The notes under the pieces: model-generated
The model's database searches: none
Told to the model about the DNA's origin: nothing
What the model saw: only the letters and a program-made list of their open reading frames with translations
Program-made: the position numbers and the translations under genes
Part shown: positions 48,889-60,839 of the stretch, piece after piece
Layout: every line of letters starts with the position of its first letter
Numbering within the stretch: position 1 is the stretch's first letter
DNA from: Hemiscyllium ocellatum
Taxonomy: Eukaryota
Reading direction: 5' to 3'
DNA length: 64,000 nt
Assembly: GCF_020745735.1 (NCBI RefSeq)
Contig: NC_083409.1
Location: 11,224,820 to 11,288,819, forward strand

Positions 48889-49197
48889 AGATTAGATTAG
48901 ATTACTTACAGTGTGGAAACAGGCCCTTCGGCCCAACAAGTCCACACCGACCCGCCGAAGCGCAACCCACCCATACCCCTACATTTACCCCTTACCTAAC
49001 ACTACGGGCAATTTAGCACTGCCAATTCACCTGACCCGCACAGCTTTGGACTGTGGGAGGAAACCGGAGCACCCGGAGGAAACCCACGCAGACACGGGGA
49101 GAACGTGCAAACTCCACACAGTCAGTCGCCTGAGGTGGGAATTGAACCCGGGTCTCAGGCGCTGTGAGACAGCAGTGCTAACCACTGTGCCACCGTG
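48889..49197 (-). mobile_element. Full-length young tRNA-derived SINE (HE1-like) with CR1-derived tail
   Basis: A-box GTGGCACAGTGGTTAGC, B-box GGTTCAATTCC, core GTTTGCACGTTCTCCCCGTGTCTGCGTGGGTTTCC, GGGCCGAAGGGCC stem and (TAATC)n tail. Confidence 0.9.
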
Positions 49198-51216
49198 GTG
49201 GGGACGCATCGCTGCAAGTGCTGTACTCTGCAGTTTGGTGACCCACTTTGATAGCTGTTTGTTCAATCTTTGAGTGCAATTCATTTTTTTGCTGATCCCA
49301 GCGTCAATCCAAAGGACTCTCCACCTTTCAGTCTGACAAACCAGGTTCACCCATGTCATGGCTCTGTTTCTGACCGAGAGTCCAGTCTTTCAAAGAGATG
49401 AATTCAAGCCTCACCAGTTTGATCATTTTAATTTTACATCATTTCTCCTGATTTCTCCCGGGATGGGGCGGGCGTTGACGTGTTGGTTATTGGTTGCCTT
49501 CCCCTAATTGTCCTGGAGAGGGCGGTGGTGAGCCATGTAATATCTGGAAAGGAAGGCGCTGGAATTTGTACAAAAAAAGACATGAAATTCAATGTGATGT
49601 TCACAAATGTTCTTTTGGCGAGGGTGCCTGGTCTGTGACTCCTGCCCCACTGTGACATGATCCATTTTTAATGACCCCATGATCTGGCTCAGCAAAGAAC
49701 TTCGTCCAAGCAACTGGGGGTGGGCAATATTTATGAAGCTTGCCAATGATGAAGCAGAAATAATAATGAGAAGGAATAATGCAGCTCCTTGCTCTCTGCC
49801 TTTTAGCCTCTGAGCCAGCACACTCTCACCGTTCTGGGTTTCTAATCCTCTAACATTAATTCATTAAAGTGTGGGAATATAGGAAGAGGTTTTATTTTGA
49901 ACTATAAGGTCTCTTTTCTCCGTGACTCTCTCCTTTTCAACCCCCTACAATCCTGTCACCAGATGCTTGTGCTGACAGCCTTGTTGTGCAGAGTGAAAGC
50001 TCTCGGTGTTCTCTGAGGCCTCACTGCCTTGTGTCTGTCTCCACTGCAACATAAGGCAAATGACGTGTTTCTGAAACCCTGTTGAAATTAAAAGCCAGCA
50101 AAGAAAATGACTGCAACTAGAATTGAGTTGGTCTTGTTCAAAAAAATAATTTTCATTTTAAAATTACATTTTTGTCAGTGAGTGACAAAGGAAAGATGGG
50201 GGTCCAGAATTGCTGCAGCCTCTGTCAGAACATAGGGCCCAGGAGCAGGAGCAGGCCTTTTGGGAGCTGCTGTGCCAATGAAGAAGATCACTACTCATCT
50301 GGTTATAGTCTCGCCCGTACTTTCTGCTTCCCCACCCCCTCCCATTATCCTTAATTGCCTTGTTCATCAAAAAGTCTGTCGACTGTAACCTTGTGCCAAC
50401 TCCATGAGTGAACCTCCATCCCCATGTAGAGAAGAGAATTCCACAGACTATCAATCCTCAGCAAGAAAACCCCTCCTTCCCTTTAAACTGGAGACTGGTT
50501 TGTGTTAAACCGGCCCTCCAGTCCTCGTCTGCCCGATAACAGGATCCACCCTCTCAGTATCCAGCCTGTGATATCACCTTCAGATCAGAAACTGGTAATG
50601 AGAAAGAACAGGTTACATCAGTGAGACTTTTCCCCAGAGGTGATGAACAGTGTTGATGTAAATTGTTTTTTCCAGTCCCAGAGTCCAGAACAAGAGGGTT
50701 GTTAAAATTGTAATTCAGACGATTTCAGGAAAATTTCTTTCTGACAGAGTGATGGAAATCTGGAACCCTCAATCCAAAATAAAAAGCTGTTGAGGTTGGG
50801 TTTCAATATCCATTTACTCAGGGCAGTACGGTTTACAGGACAAAGGGAGAATGTATTCCAGGTCAGCCATGGCCTGATTAACTGGGGAACTAGGTCAAAG
50901 CAACTGATTGGTCATTCCCACTGGAATCCACTGGAATGACTACTGGTGTGTTTGCAGCTAATGGAAGGAGTCATTACCCATAGTCTTCAGCAGCTGTGCA
51001 AGTCCTCCATAGTAACTAGAAAGCAGCTGTTTCACTGTGCCTGAACAATACAAAGTCAGAGGACACACTACACCAGGTTCTAGCCCAACTGATTCATTTG
51101 AAATCACAAGCTTCTGAAGCGCTGCTCCTTTATCAGGTGTACCCCAGTCCACCATCGACATTTCCACATTACTGAACAGTCCAAATAAACTGGGGCTCTG
51201 TGAGGATCGAACCAGC

Positions 51217-51347
51217 NNNNNNNNNNNNNNNNNNNNNNNNNNNNNNNNNNNNNNNNNNNNNNNNNNNNNNNNNNNNNNNNNNNNNNNNNNNNNNNNNNNN
51301 NNNNNNNNNNNNNNNNNNNNNNNNNNNNNNNNNNNNNNNNNNNNNNN
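51217..51347. other. Assembly gap (131 N)
   Basis: Run of n in the sequence. Confidence 1.
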
Positions 51348-51438
51348 GGATACCTAATTGCACCACAATAAAAATGCTCTGCATGCTGTGATATATCAAA
51401 AATAAGCACTTTGGTGTAACTTTTGATTGTCCTCACAG

Positions 51439-52880
51439 TGTGCTATTTTATTCATGATGTGATACACGGAGACTATGTCAACGTTGGGTGGCAAAAAGTA
51501 TATTTTCTCCACTAATCCCTTTCCAAAAAGCGCTCTCCATCTTGCTTTAATCCTTATTGACTCTTCTACAATTGCCTCTATTTCCTCACTCCTTTCCGGT
51601 CCCAAAGGAACATATGGACAGACGTCATGACCCCACTCTGTCTTAAATTTCATGTGTAGTGTATTGGAGCTTGGGCCCCTCCCTCAGGCCCAGGTGTAGG
51701 GGCCTGTTCAACAATCTGCACATTGTCCTATGTCTCTTTCTGAATGAACTGGATCAAGTTGCAGTAACGATCTGGCAACAAGGTGTCTTGTCTAAAATGT
51801 TCCCAGCATTGGATACAGAACTGGCTGTGTCAGAGGAGACAGAGGGTAGTGATGGAAGGATGGATTTCAGAATGGAGGGCTGTGTCTTGTGGGGTTTCAC
51901 AGGGATCAATGATGGTACCTTTGCTGTCCATGGTCTCCATAAGTGATTTGGACGAAAACATGGCTAGTCTAATTCATGAGTTTGTGGATGCCACAAAGAT
52001 TGCTGGAGTTGCAGTTAATGATCAGATTATCAGAGGATACAGCAGGACATAGATCAATTGGACGCATGGATAGAAAATGGCAGATGAAGTTTAATCCAAA
52101 TAAATGTGAAATGATGCATTTTGAAAGATGAAGCACGTGGCAGAATACCTGCACAGTGAATGGCAGAATCCATTGGAGTATTGAAATGCAGAGGGATCTG
52201 GGTGTACATGTTCACAGATCACTGATGGTGGCAGCACCTAAGGTAGTAAAAAAGGCAATGGCAGGCTTGGCTACATTGGGAGGAGCACTGAGTATTAGGA
52301 TAGACAAGTTATACTGCAACTTTACTGAACTTTAGTTTGGCCATACTTGGAATATTGCATATGGTTCTGGTCACCATGACCAGAAGGATGTGGATGCTTT
52401 GGAGAGGGTACTGAAAAAATGTACCAAGAATGCTGTCTGATATGAGGGATTTTCCCAGGGTAGAGGGGTCAGTTACTAGGGGACACAGGTACAAGGTGTG
52501 GGAGGGGGTGGGTGGGTGCAGTGGGGAATTAAAACAGATGTGTGAGGTAAGTATTTCACACAAACGGTGGTGAGGGCTGGAACACGCTGCCAGTGGAAGT
52601 GGTGGAAGCAGACACAATAGCAGCATTCAAGAAATACCTGGATGAATACACGGAAAAGAAGGGAATAGAGGGATATGAATCCTGTAGGTGAATACAGTTT
52701 CGGTGAGGAAGGGCAAAATGTGTCAACACAGGCTGGGAGGGCCGAAGGGCCTGTTCCTGTGCTGTATAGTTCCTTGTTCTTTGGTGCCTGCTGTTGAATT
52801 GGATTCAAACCAACAATGCAGGAAGACACATGATGAAGTGGGTGTTTGTTTGATTTCTCACTTGTGTTAATACAGTTTTA
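51439..52880 (+). repeat. Left arm, part 2, of the quasi-palindrome
   Basis: Matches the reverse complement of about 54650-56430, with shared unique/CR1 junctions. The right arm reads straight through the 45762/51439 junction (CAGCCACATTACTGGAGTGCTGTTTTGTACA on the - strand). Confidence 0.85.
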
Positions 52881-53749
52881 AATGTGTCTGCGTACTTTCC
52901 CCTCTCTCTCTGTGGAGGGTGTCACTGTCATTGTCTCCATCCGACCTTTCCACTCTCATAGTGATAGCAGTTTTTGCATTCCTTCTGTTCGGGGGAGCTG
53001 TCATTCCCCCGCCCATATTACAACAATGACTAGACTTTGGAATTTCTCCATTAGCTGTAAAACATCTTTGAACATCCTGAGCTCATGAACAGTGTAACAG
53101 AAGTGCAATTCTCTCTCCTTTTTGTTTCCTCTCCATGCCTTCCCATCTGTCTCCCCACAACATCCCTCCCTTGTTTAAAATCTGGAATGAATTATGAATC
53201 TCTGGGAGAATTTAATCTGTGGCAACATTGAAACTAACAATAACCACCTCCTTGGTGGGCTTTGAGTGTGAAGGTCAATAACACTCTCACTGGGACTTGA
53301 TCTGGGTTGTCTCCAGTCAGTCAGTGTTATTGTTCTGGGGCCAGACATTACTGACCCACCTTAGACCCTGTGCTCCGATTGAGATGACGGATGACCTGCA
53401 CTGGGCTTTAACACACTGTTACCACAGCACAGAATGAAATCATGTAGCGCTGGTTAGGCAGAATCCCTGGAGCAGGAGAGTCGACATTTTGAGCATAAGC
53501 TCTTCATCAGGAATGGAGAGGAGGGAGTGAGGAGTCGGAGAGATAAATGGGAGGGAATTGGGGCTGGCGAAAATGTAATGAAGATTGCAATAGGTACGTG
53601 GAGGTGGGGGGGTGACAGTGATAGGTCAGAGTGAAGGATGGAGTGGATAGGTGGGAAGGAAGATGGACAGGTAGGACAGTTCAAAAGGGTGGTGCCGAGT
53701 TGGAGGGTTGGACCTGGGATAAGCTGGGGGAGTGGAGATGAGGAAACAA

Positions 53750-54380
53750 GTAACATCAACATTCAGAGTATTGAGTACAGGAGTTGGGAGGTCATGTTGC
53801 GGCTGTACAGGACATTGGTTAGGCTACTGCTGGAATATTGCATCCAATTCTGGTCTCCTTCCTATTGGAAAGATGTTGTGAAACTTGAAAGGGTTCAGAA
53901 AAGATTTACAAGGACGTTGCCAGGGTTGGAAGATCGGAGCTACAGGGAGAGGCTGAACAGGCTGGTGCTGTTTCCCTGGAGCATCAGAGGCAGAGTGATA
54001 ACCTGATAGAGTTTTACAAAATTACGAAGGGCATGATTAGGATAAATAGACAACATCTTTTCCCAGTGGTTGGGGAGTCCAGAACTAGAGGGCATAGGTT
54101 TAGGGTGAGAGGAGAAAGATACAAAAGAGACCTAAGGGGCAACCTTTTCATGCAGAGGGTGGTATGTGTATGGAATGAGCTGCCAGAAGATGTGGTGGAG
54201 GCTGGTGCAATTGCAACATTTAAGAGGCATTTGAATGGGTATATGAATAGGAAGGGTTTGGAGGGAGATGGGCCGGGTGCTGGCAGGTGGGACTAGATTG
54301 GATTGGGATATCTGGTCGGCATGGATGGGTTGGACTGAGGGTCTATTTCCATGCTGTACATCTCTATGACTCTATGACTC
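53750..54380 (+). mobile_element. CR1 3' fragment in the palindrome spacer
   Basis: LEYCIQFWSP, GHRFRVRGERYKRDLRGN and a (CTATGACT) tail. Confidence 0.85.
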
Positions 54381-54649
54381 TATAACATTCATTCCTTGTC
54401 ATTGGAGGGTCTCAAGGTGGAAGATGTGGTGTTCTTCCTCCAGTTGTTAGATGGCTTCAATTTGGCGGTGGAGTAGGCCTAGGGACTTGCATATCCTTAG
54501 CAGGTGGATGGGGAGTTGAAATGGTCGGCCACAGGATGGTGGGGTTGTTTAGTGTGTGTGTCCTGAAGATATCATCTTCCAATCCTCCAATGAAGATGCA
54601 CTGTCCTCACCAAAACATGTTGGCAAATCTCTTCGTAACACATAAAGGG

Positions 54650-57600
54650 AGAGAAACATTGAAAACTGTATTATCATGAGTGAGAGTCCACTTGAAACAA
54701 GGACTATGATGTTAAATGCTCCCAGCCGTAAAGAACACTGATGTATTGATGTCATTATCTTATTAAACAATATTAAAACCTCAGCCAAACATTTTCCTGC
54801 AGACAGTGTATTTAAAATATCAAGAGGCTTTCCCCATTGTTGGTTTGATCAGTGACGTAACAAGGAAGCAGCAGCTGCCCCATGAACTCCAACAAAAGAA
54901 TGAGAACAGGCTCTTCATATGGAGCTGGCTCCCGAGAATCCAATTCAACAGCAGGGATCAAAGAACAAGGGACAATACAGCACAGGAACAGGCCCTTCGG
55001 CCCTCCAAGCCTGTGCTGATACATTTTGCCCTTCTATACTGAAACTATCTTCATCGACAGGATTCATATCCCTCTATTCCCTTCCTATTCATGCATTAGT
55101 GCAGGAATTTCTTGAATACTTCTATTGTGTCTGCTTTCACCCCCTCCTCTGGCTGTGTGTTCCAGGTAGTCAACTTCCTCTGTGTGAAATACTTGGTTTG
55201 TACACCTCTTTACAATGAATTCCCCCAAACCCCTGCACCTTGAACATGCGTCCCCTAGTATTTGACCCCCTCCACCCTGGGAAAAAGTCTCATTATTTCC
55301 ACTCTGCCTATCCCATTCACAACTCTGTAAACTTCTATAAGGACGCACCTCATTTTCCTGCATTTCAGTGAAAACAAACTCAGTCTCTCCAACCTTTCTT
55401 CAGATCTACAATCCCCCCATACCAGACAATATCCTGGTAAACATTTTCTGCACCGTCTTCAAAACATCCACATCCTTCTTTTTGGACTGTGTGCAGTTCG
55501 ATGCGACCAGAACTGTGTGCACTATTCCAAGTGTGGCCGAACTAAAGTTCTATAAAGCTGCAGCATAACTTGTCTATCCTTACACTCAATGCCCCTTCCA
55601 ATGAAGGCAACCAGGCCATCAGCCTTTTTTACTGCCTTACCTCCCTGTGCTGGCACCTTCAGTGATCTGTGGACATACACACCCAGATCCCTCTGCATAT
55701 CAATACTCCAAAGGATTCTGTCATTCACTGTATAATTCCCACCTGTACATCACCTTCCAAAATGCATCACCTCACATTTGTCTGGATTAAACTACACCTG
55801 CCATTTTTCTGTCCAAGCATCTCTATCCTGCCATATCCTAGATAATCCTTCTCATTCTCTGCACTTCTACCAATCTTTGTATCAATTGTAAACTTACTAA
55901 TTAGACCAGCTACGCTTTCCTCCAAATCATTTATGTAGACCATATACAGCAGAGTTCCCTGTGGAACACCACGAGTCACAGCCCTCCATTCTGAAAACCA
56001 TCCCCCCATCACTGCCCTCTGTCTCCTCCTACTCAGCCAGTTCTGTGCCCAATGCTGGAAACATTTTAGACAAGACACCTTGTCGCCAGCTCGTTACTGC
56101 AACTTGATCCAGTTCATTCAGAAAGAGGAAAAGGACAATGTGCAGATTGTTGAACAGGCCCCAACACCTGGTCCTGAGGCAGGAGCCCAATCTCCAACAC
56201 ACTGGCCTCACTTCACACCAACCTTCACACAGTGCGGGGTCATGAACTCCGGCCATCAATCCCTCTGAGACCGGGATGGAGTAGGGGAACAGGGACAATT
56301 GTAGAAGAGTCAATAAGGAGTAAAGAAAGATGGAGAGAGTGTGTTGGAAAGTGTTCAATGGAGGGAACATACCTTGCGATACCCAATACTGACAGAGTCT
56401 CCATGTATCACAGAATGTACAAAACAGCACTCCAGTAATGTGGCTGACCCTTACCTGCCATTTAAAAGGCTAAAGAAGCCACTCAGTTTCAGGACAGGTA
56501 GGGATGGGGAACAAATGCTGGTCTTGCCAGTGACTCCCACATCCCAGAAAAGAATAGATGGGTTCAGTGATAACACCGTCACCTGAACCTGCAGGTTTCA
56601 AGCCCCACTCCAGACACTGGAGCACTGTCCTGAGGCTGGCAAAGGCAAAGATGCCATCTGCTGGATGATCGGTTAAACCACTGCCCTCTCTGGTCGATGT
56701 GAATATAAGGGCTTTGTGACCATCTCAGGGAAAATCTCCCCAGTGTGCTGACCAATGCTTCTCTTATAACCAATGGCATTAAAACAGATACATAAACAAA
56801 ATACTGCAAATCTCAAATAGAAGCACGATGCTGGAGAAAGGGAACAGGTGCAGCCTCTGTGGGAGAGGAGGTTTAACTTTTTGGGTTCAGTGATGTTTTA
56901 TCAAAAAGGCAGCAAAATTATATTTTATTTAATTTTATGCTGTTTTATATTATTTTATTTAAATTTTGTTGAAAACAAGTTTACCCGCTTGATTGGAACC
57001 ACATTCACACACATGCATTCCCCCCACACTGACGCTCAGTAACAGCTCTGTGTACTATTTACAAGATGCACTGCAGAGATTCACCAAAGATCCTGAGACA
57101 ACAGCTTCCAAACCCATGACCACTTATATTTGGACAAGGACAGCAGGTACACGGGACCATCACCCCAGCAAGTTCCTCTCCAAGTCATTCACCAGTTTGA
57201 CTTGGAAATATGAAGCAGTTCCTACATCATCACTGGGTCACAATCCTGGAATTCCCCTCCTATGACATTGTGGGTCTACCAACAGCAGACTGACTGCAGG
57301 GGTTCAAGATGGGAGCTAATCACCACCAGGTCCAGGGCAATTAGAGATGGACAGTAAAAAGCCTGGTACAAGAGAGTGTAAACGTGCTTAAGGACCAGAA
57401 AGTGAGACTGCGATGTTTCAGTTATTCCTGGACATTGGTGTGACCACATCTCAAATACTGAGGGTAGTTTTGGTCTCCTTATTGAAGGAAGAATATAAAT
57501 GCATCGGAGGTGGTTCGCAGGAATTTTACCCGATTGATCCCTGGAATGAGTGGGCTGTGATGAGGAAAGATTGGAAAAGGAGATAAAGGGAATGGGGCGG

Positions 57601-60600
57601 AGCAGGGTGTTGAGGTAGGGATAGGTTGAGAATGGTAGAGAATATGACCTGATTAGTCGATGGGAGAGTAATTTGTATTCATCCCTCCCATCAACCAATC
57701 CTCTACCTACCTTCACCTATCCCCATCTCACCACCCTGCCCCCCACTACTCCCTTTATCTGCAGCTCCCCCATCATTCCCCCACCTCCCAACCCACCCCC
57801 ATTCCTGAAGAAGGATTACAGCCAAAACATTGATTTCTCCACCTCCTGATGCTGCCTGGCTTGCTGTGTTCTCCCAGCCTCCTGCTTGTCAACCTTGGAT
57901 TCCAGCATTTGCACTTTCTTTTGTCTCTAATCTCTTCAGGGGCCTGGATGAGAGTGAGGGAATTGGGTTTTGATGGAGCTACCCACAGACTCAAGTCAAA
58001 AGAAGCAAAGCAAGAAAGGCAAGTGGATCGAATACAAGAGACCAAATTGTGAGCAAAAACCAATTATTACCAGTTTAGCAATTGCAAAGCAGAGAGTGAC
58101 AACATTGAATTGCTTCTGGTGTCATCCTCTGTGCCCTAACATTTCACATTGCCAGCTCCACATCCTTCCATTGGCTTTGTCATTGAGAGGCAACAGTTCC
58201 CTTCCCACAGCATAGAACATAGAACATAGAAAAATACAGCGCAGTACAGGCCCTTCGGCCCTCAATGTTGCGCCGACCGAATCCTACCTAACCTACACTA
58301 GCCCAATAACTTCCAAATGCCTATCCAATGCCCGCTTAAATGACCATAAAGAGGGAGAGTTCACCACTGCTACTGGCAGGGCATTCCATGAACTCACAAC
58401 CCGCTGTGTAAAGAATCTACCCCTAACATCTGTCCTATACCTTCCATCCCTTAATTTAAAGCTGTGTCCCCTTGTAACAGCTGACTCCATTAGCGGTAAA
58501 AGGTTTTCAGTGTCTACCCTATCTAAACCCCTAATCATCTTGTACACCTCTATCAAATCTCCCCTAAACCTTCTTTTCTCCAATGAGAACAGCCCCAAGT
58601 GCCTCAGTCTTTCCTCATACGATTTTCCTACCATACCAGGCAACATCCTGGTAAACCTCCTCTGCACTCGTTCCAATGCCTCCACATCCTTCCTATAGTA
58701 TGGCGACCAAAACTGCACACAATACTCCAGATGCGGCCGCACCAGAGTCTTATACAACTGCAACATGACCTCAGGACTCCGGAACTCAATTCCTCTGCCA
58801 ATAAAGCCCAGTACACCATATGCCTTCCTCACAGCACTATTTACCTGGGTGGCAACTTTCAGAGATCTGTGTACATGGACACCAAGATCCCTCTGCTCAT
58901 CCACACTACCAAGTAGCCTACCATTAGCCCAGTAATCCATCTTCTTGTTACTCCTACCAAAGTGAATGACTTCACACTTAGCTACATTGAATTCCATTTG
59001 CCACATTTCTGCCCAGCTTTGCAACTTGTCTATATCCCGCTGTAACCTGCCACATCCTTCCTCACTATCCACAACTCCACCGACTTTTGTGTCATCCGCA
59101 AACTTACTCACCCAGCTTTCAAGCCCCTCCTCTAGATCATTTATAAAGATAACAAAAAGCAATTGTCCCAAAACAGATCCTTGAGGTACACCGCTAGTAA
59201 CTGCACTCCAAGATGAACATATACCATCAACTACTACCCTCTGTCTCCTTCCAGCCAGCCAATTTCTAATCCAAACCTCTAATGCACCCTCAATGCCATA
59301 CCTCCGTAGTTTTTGCATTAGCCTACCATGGGGTACCTTATCGAACGCCTTACTAAAATCCACATACACAACATCTACTGCTTTACCCTCGTCCACCTCC
59401 TTAGTCACCTTCTCAAAGAACTCAATAAGGTTTGTGAGGCACGACCTGCCCTTCACAAAACCATGCTGACTATCCTTGATCACGTTATTCCTATCCAGAT
59501 GTTCATAAATCTTATCCCTTATAATTCTCTCTAAGACTTTGCCCACCACAGAAGTCAGACTCACTGGCCTATAGTTACTCGGGCTATCCCTACTCCCCTT
59601 CTTGAACAAGGGGACCACATTCGCCATCCTCCAGTCTTCTGGTACTATTCCCGTTGACAATGACAACATAAAAATCCAGGCCAATGGCTCTGCTATCTCC
59701 TCCCTAGCTTCCCAGAGGATCCTAGGATAAATGCCATTAGGCCCAGGAGACTTATCTATTTTCATCCTTTCCAGTATTCCCAAAACCTCTTCCCTACATA
59801 CTTCAATGCCATCCATTCTAAAATGCACTTTTTAATATGTCCTGTCCCAGGGAATCACTGACAAAGAAAATATTTCACCATTTCTGGGAAAGTTGGAGAA
59901 ATGTTAGATGTCAAGGAGCTGTTTCTCAGCCTTCAGGGTCTGACAGAAGGATGTGTGTAGGCTGTGGATTCTGGAGACAGATCACTGAGATATTCCTCAC
60001 TCCCATCAACACCTGACTTTATTCTGACATCAGTTTCTATTCTTCATTATAAAGTACCCCCACCAGTTTCAGACGAGACATTTCACACCCAGCCCCCATT
60101 TCCTCACATTGGAATCAAGAACCAAACTTGCCCCATCTCAGGATTGCCCTCTGAATGTGGTGTCAGTGTGCTAATGCTGTGTTTGAATGAAAGAGCCACA
60201 GTGGAATCTGGGACTGAATCCAAGGGGTTTCTGATCCACCAGCAGCCTCCTTGCTGTGTGAGATTCTGTTTGGATAAGATTTCAGCCCCATGGTTCCCAC
60301 TGATACGAGAACCATGGAGTGAGATTGCTGGAGCCACATGTGGACTGAGGAACACAACAGTCAGGACAATGAGCTGCTCTGGAATCCACCCTGAGCCCTG
60401 GATGGTTGTCACTGAGATAGCCCAGGGGCTACAGAATATGACAGCAGAAAGTGGAACCAGTTTATCATTGACTGTCCTCCCCAGCCATGACTCCCAGACT
60501 CCCCCGGACTGAACATTCTCAATCTGACTCCAGGGACACACGGGGCAATTCCATCTCATTTGAAGAGTAAAGAAAACCCAGGTCTAATTTATGGAATATT

Positions 60601-60810
60601 TATTTCCCAAATTGTTCTTATGCAATTGTTATTCTGAGTAACAAGGTCCTGCTGGTCATATTCATCAATTTCGGGTTCCCAGTGGCTCTGGCTCCCAAAC
60701 AGTTGATTTGAATTTCTTGGCTTTTGATCTTGCTGTGCCTAAGGGATGGGTGAGCGTTGATGGGGAATTTGCATCAGATTATTGTGTTCCCCATTGTCCC
60801 CTCCTGATCA
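54650..60810 (-). repeat. Right arm of the quasi-palindrome (inverted copy of the C 3' flank)
   Basis: Colinear inverted homology to 42105-43640, 44880-45762 and 51439-52880. 57290-57930 is non-homologous repeat sequence and 58213-59824 is a later CR1 insertion. Confidence 0.88.
58213..59824 (-). mobile_element. Young 5'-truncated CR1-clade LINE with uninterrupted RT reading frame
   Basis: The 511-codon frame (58293-59828) contains KSPGPNGIYPRIL, YRPVSLTSVVGK, DFSKAFDKVPH, GVPQGSVLG, FADD and HLEYCVQFWSP. It has a short 3' UTR and a (TTCTATG)n tail, GCA on both sides (58210-58212, 59825-59827), and the empty site is visible in the paralog near 43370. Confidence 0.95.
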
Positions 60811-60839
60811 TGATCCTGATTACAGCCTGGAGACCTGGA

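Noticed and set aside
51190-51366. tRNA-like B-box (GGTTCGATCCTCAC on the - strand) and an A-box-like motif flanking the N gap
   Set aside because: No acceptor-stem pairing and the middle is missing. It is most likely a SINE-related fragment and cannot be called a tRNA.
58293-59828. 511-aa ORF as a domesticated or host gene
   Set aside because: It is an ordinary 5'-truncated CR1 RT. The track's start is a GTG formed at the insertion junction.
59964-60559. Overlapping 182-aa (+) and 151-aa (-) ORFs, mirrored at 42638-43042
   Set aside because: No recognisable domain, the frames differ between copies because of indels, and there is no convincing splice or start context. The DNA conservation is reported as a finding instead.
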